Position numbers and translations under genes: made by a program. The notes under the pieces are model-generated. The model was not told the DNA's origin, did no database searches, and saw only the letters and a list, made by a program, of their open reading frames with translations. Positions 44,914-47,882 of a stretch of 47,882 bases of DNA are shown here, one piece after another (the stretch's first letter is position 1; every line of letters begins with the position of its first letter). The DNA is from a virus (taxonomy: Duplodnaviria; Caudoviricetes). The stretch is from IMG/VR virus record IMGVR_UViG_3300010362_000030, positions 1 to 47,882 of that record; one strand, given 5' to 3'.

Positions 44914-45175
44914 CTAGTTATTCTGATGGTGCTCCTAGGTTGTCCTGATTGTCTGATTGCCATTTGCCTGCGGGAGCGTTAAGCCGCGAAGGTATATATC
45001 GTGAGGCTGGCCGTGCCGTTACTTTCTTAGAAAAAAAAAAATTTTAAAGAAGAGAAGCGAAGTCAGCCTGGGGCGAAGCATGAGGCTGGTATATGTCTTC
45101 GCCGCGCGAAGGTATATACCCGTTCCGGGTAATTAGGTAATCAGGGCAATGTAGGCGCACCATCAGGGCAATTAG
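44914..45175 (+). other. Long non-coding rod-like structured element (ncRNA or folded ssDNA)
   Basis: 44914-44960 pairs with 45129-45175 (35 WC, 9 G.T, 3 mismatches). Nested stems 44986-45000/45088-45102 and 45004-45011/45062-45069. Confidence 0.7.
45090..45118. promoter_or_regulatory. 29-bp palindrome copy 3 (half-sites also at 44987-44998 and 46074-46085)
   Basis: TATATGTCTTCG-CCGCG-CGAAGGTATATA. Confidence 0.7.
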
Positions 45176-45206
45176 CAAAAGAAAGACCTGGGCATTGCTG
45201 CCCAGG
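45175..45206 (-). terminator. Intrinsic terminator
   Basis: CCTGGGCA-N4-TGCCCAGG followed on the - strand by TCTTTCTTTTGC. Confidence 0.75.
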
Positions 45207-45233
45207 CCCCTTCCGTTTGATGGAAACTGGGGC

Positions 45234-45674
45234 TTAGAGCCCCAGGTCCTCCAGGCTGGTCTCGCCTGCCGCATTGCGCGCGGCTGCCAGTCTGGCCTCG
45301 GCCGCAGGCCGCAACGTGGCCTCGTGCTTCACGACATAATCCGCGACCAGTTTCTTCATGTCCACCTTGGACTTGGCAATGCCCTTGCTGGCCAAGGTCT
45401 GCTCGATGACCAGCTTCGCCTGCGCGGCCATGTCCTGGGCCACCTTGTCGGTAGTCCGTTCGCCTGCCGCGCGGACAACGCCTTCATACATTGAGGCCAG
45501 TTTCTTCTCGGCCATTGCGCGCGGGTCTTTGCCCGAGTCTGCCGTGGCAGCCGCATGGCTGTCCATGAGAATGTTACGGCAGCCGATATACAGGACATGC
45601 GCCAGGACTTCCGGGCTGAACCGATCGTAGTCCACGTCGAGAGTGATACCCTTACCAATAGCTACCTGTGTCAT
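45234..45674 (-). CDS. First - arm gene; Ala-rich helical protein ending SLEDLGL
   Basis: ATG 45674 with a GAAAGGCAA RBS. The longer ORF-track extension to 46040 looks non-coding. Confidence 0.8.
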   Translation of the reverse strand: MTQVAIGKGITLDVDYDRFSPEVLAHVLYIGCRNILMDSHAAATADSGKDPRAMAEKKLASMYEGVVRAAGERTTDKVAQDMAAQAKLVIEQTLASKGIAKSKVDMKKLVADYVVKHEATLRPAAEARLAAARNAAGETSLEDLGL

Positions 45675-46117
45675 GACTGTTGCCTTTCTGCAACTACCGC
45701 CTAGGACCATTCCCAGGCCGATTTGAGGACGATGACCTACGATTGTGGCGAGAATGTGACGTTTTGGGCTGGCCGCAAAAATTCTTTTCGCTGCACTGCA
45801 GCATGGATTTTGCCGCATTGCAACAGGCTGGCCGTTGCCCAGCCCATTGTCGCACGCAGCCCGCTGTGGCACGAATGCCACTGTCACCCCCATGCCACTG
45901 TGGCCCATTACCCCTTGGCCAGCCTTGGCACTGTTGCGGGAATGCCAGTGGTTGCGGATGAAACTATTGCTGCGCGTGGTCGGGGTGGGGGTGGGGGCCG
46001 GCGAGTCCGGCCGCCCGCGCGCGGGCAAGGGGGTCACCACGAAAGGTGCTGCATATCAGATATATATCCCCTGTATATACCTTCCCGCGCTGCTTAGCCG
46101 ACTGGCCCAGAAAGATC

Positions 46118-46146
46118 TTGACAGGGCTGGGGGTTTGTGATAAGCT
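46118..46146 (+). promoter_or_regulatory. Sigma70-like promoter of packaging/structural operon
   Basis: TTGACA-17-TAAGCT upstream of terS. Confidence 0.65.
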
Positions 46147-46169
46147 CATGACAATAGGCAAGGTGAACC

Positions 46170-46922
46170 GTGGCTGAAGTCCTTGAGATAGACTTGAGGC
46201 CCCGGATCAAGGGGCGTGCAAGCCGACCATTGACTGCAGTGGTCGTGCGACCTCTCACGGAAGAGGATCTAGCAAAGTTAAAAGTCGAACGAGGCGTTAA
46301 GCCTCCTGCCCTGCAGCAGATGCGGGATAGTCACCACTTTCTTGCAAGGTGCTTAGCTCTTGGAACGAGGCCAGCGGAGGCCTCTGCTGTTACGGGTTAC
46401 AGCACGTCAAGGATCAGCATCCTCCTCGGCGATCCGACGTTCCAAGAGCTTCTTTCCTTCTACAGGGAGAACACGAACGAGAAATTCTTCAATATGAAGG
46501 CCCTCGCCGAGGATCGTATGTGGGCCAACCTGTTGAGTGCTGAGGCGAAGATCAACGCAGACTTTGAGGAGGATAAGGTCGGGTCGGCTACAGCGAATAA
46601 GATCGCAGTCGATCGCATGGATAGGCTTGGTCTTGGCCCGACTAGCAAGACAAGCAACGTCAGTGTTCTCGTAGATGCTTCTCAGCTTCAGGCGGTCAAG
46701 GATCGTCTATCAAAGCACCTCGAGAACAGAGACTTAGGGGCACTCGAGTTTCACCACCAACAAGGAGGTGAAATGGATGGAACGCTTCCCGAAGTGACCA
46801 CTCTCGCGAGTGCCCCACCAGACCCAGCGCCCGTCAGTGAGTCTTCTCGTCCTCCTGATGCTACCGCTGGAGCCGGGCTGGAGAAGCCCAGGCTGGGGGT
46901 CCTTGATGACGACAGACGCTAA
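46170..46922 (+). CDS. terS: Putative terminase small subunit (HTH protein)
   Basis: HTH-like AEASAVTGYSTSRISILLGDPTFQELL, disordered C-terminal tail, immediately upstream of terL. Confidence 0.65.
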   Translation: MAEVLEIDLRPRIKGRASRPLTAVVVRPLTEEDLAKLKVERGVKPPALQQMRDSHHFLARCLALGTRPAEASAVTGYSTSRISILLGDPTFQELLSFYRENTNEKFFNMKALAEDRMWANLLSAEAKINADFEEDKVGSATANKIAVDRMDRLGLGPTSKTSNVSVLVDASQLQAVKDRLSKHLENRDLGALEFHHQQGGEMDGTLPEVTTLASAPPDPAPVSESSRPPDATAGAGLEKPRLGVLDDDRR

Positions 46923-47882
46923 CCTTCTAGCGTTCCTAGAAGATCCGCTGTTGGCCAAGGACCCCTTGGCATTCGTAGAGGCTGTATTCCCATGGAAAAC
47001 GGACCTACTCCCGAACGAGGGACCAGAACTATGGCAAGCCTCAATCCTCAACAAAATACGATTGGGACTGCTCTCGCCCAACGAAGCTATCCGGGAGGCA
47101 ATCGCATCAGGCCACGGGGTTGGCAAGAGCGCGCTCGTCTCGTGGATTATTATCTGGTCTATCTCGACGAAGAGGGACACTAGAGGTGTCGTCACAGCAA
47201 ACACGGAAACGCAGCTCAAAACGAAAACGTGGGCTGAACTCGGGAAGTGGTTTAGGCTATTTATTGGGAAGCCGTTCTTCAAGCTCACAGCGACTGCGAT
47301 ATTTTCGGCCTTTGCGGAGCACGAGAGAACTTGGCGTATTGATATGGTTCCCTGGTCCGAACGAAACACTGAGGCATTTGCCGGCCTCCACAACCAAGGA
47401 AAGAGGATTATTGTCATATTTGATGAAGCCTCGGCAATACCGGACATTATCTGGGAAACGACTGAGGGCGCGCTGACCGACGAGAACACAGAAATCATTT
47501 GGCTAGTCTGCGGGAACCCGACAAGGAATACCGGAAGGTTCAAGGACTGTTTTAACCGCTTCCGCAACCGCTGGGGCATTACTCAGGTTGACTCTCGACA
47601 AGTCTCGTTCACCAACAAGGATCAAATCCGGGAGTGGGCGAATGACTATGGAGAGGACTCCGATTTCGTGCGAATTAGAGTGCGGGGTGTTTTTCCTCGA
47701 CTTGGAACTATGCAATTTATCTCAAGTGAACTCGTCGAGGATGCAACGAGAAGGGAGATACTTGTACACATACATGATCCCCTCGTTATCGGGGTTGATG
47801 TTGCTCGATTTGGTGACGACGCGAGCGTTATCTACATTAGAAAAGGTCGAGATGGGAGATCAATTCCTCCAATTATCCTCAG
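46906..47882 (+). CDS. terL: Terminase large subunit (5' part, runs off window); not in ORF track
   Basis: My translation gives ASGHGVGKS (Walker A), IIVIFDEASAI (Walker B), GNPTRNTGRF, RVRGVFP and IGVDVARFGDD (nuclease motif). Confidence 0.95.
   Translation, partial: MTTDANLLAFLEDPLLAKDPLAFVEAVFPWKTDLLPNEGPELWQASILNKIRLGLLSPNEAIREAIASGHGVGKSALVSWIIIWSISTKRDTRGVVTANTETQLKTKTWAELGKWFRLFIGKPFFKLTATAIFSAFAEHERTWRIDMVPWSERNTEAFAGLHNQGKRIIVIFDEASAIPDIIWETTEGALTDENTEIIWLVCGNPTRNTGRFKDCFNRFRNRWGITQVDSRQVSFTNKDQIREWANDYGEDSDFVRIRVRGVFPRLGTMQFISSELVEDATRREILVHIHDPLVIGVDVARFGDDASVIYIRKGRDGRSIPPIIL

Noticed and set aside
45031-45041. A11 run as a phase-variable site
   Set aside because: It is non-coding and not inside a promoter I can identify. 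It is treated as part of the folded element.
45675-46040. N-terminal extension of the 268-aa ORF-track call
   Set aside because: The good RBS is at ATG 45674. The extension crosses the repeat-rich control region.
46734-47579. Long antisense ORFs (also 2713-3549, 11223-11879, 38275-38889)
   Set aside because: These are shadows of well-supported genes on the other strand.
1-47882. Terminal redundancy, or integrase/att/prophage boundaries
   Set aside because: The ends do not overlap (part of terL is missing), and I saw no integrase, repressor or host genes.

Overview
A near-complete (~48 kb) circularly permuted genome of a tailed dsDNA podophage, broken inside the large terminase gene (5' part at the right end, 3' tail at positions 1-114, middle missing). 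The + arm (46170 to the end, then 1-26189) holds packaging, head, tail, ejection and lysis genes in an order resembling BPP-1/BcepC6B-type podoviruses. The - arm (45674 to 26186) holds early genes, recombination genes, a ParB-methyltransferase and a split family-A DNA polymerase whose first half is fused to a uracil-DNA glycosylase domain. I recognised no integrase, repressor, primase, RNA polymerase, reverse transcriptase, tRNA or CRISPR array. Main unexplained signals: (1) five unrelated early/middle proteins end in the same C-terminal peptide [TS]LEDLGL, written with different codons; (2) a ~260-nt non-coding rod-like fold at 44914-45175, with G.T/U pairs that work on one strand only and two mutually exclusive inner folds; (3) a dispersed 29-bp palindrome; (4) a polymerase split inside its proofreading domain, with His at the PolA-762 position. 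All family calls come from motif recognition by eye, not database searches.
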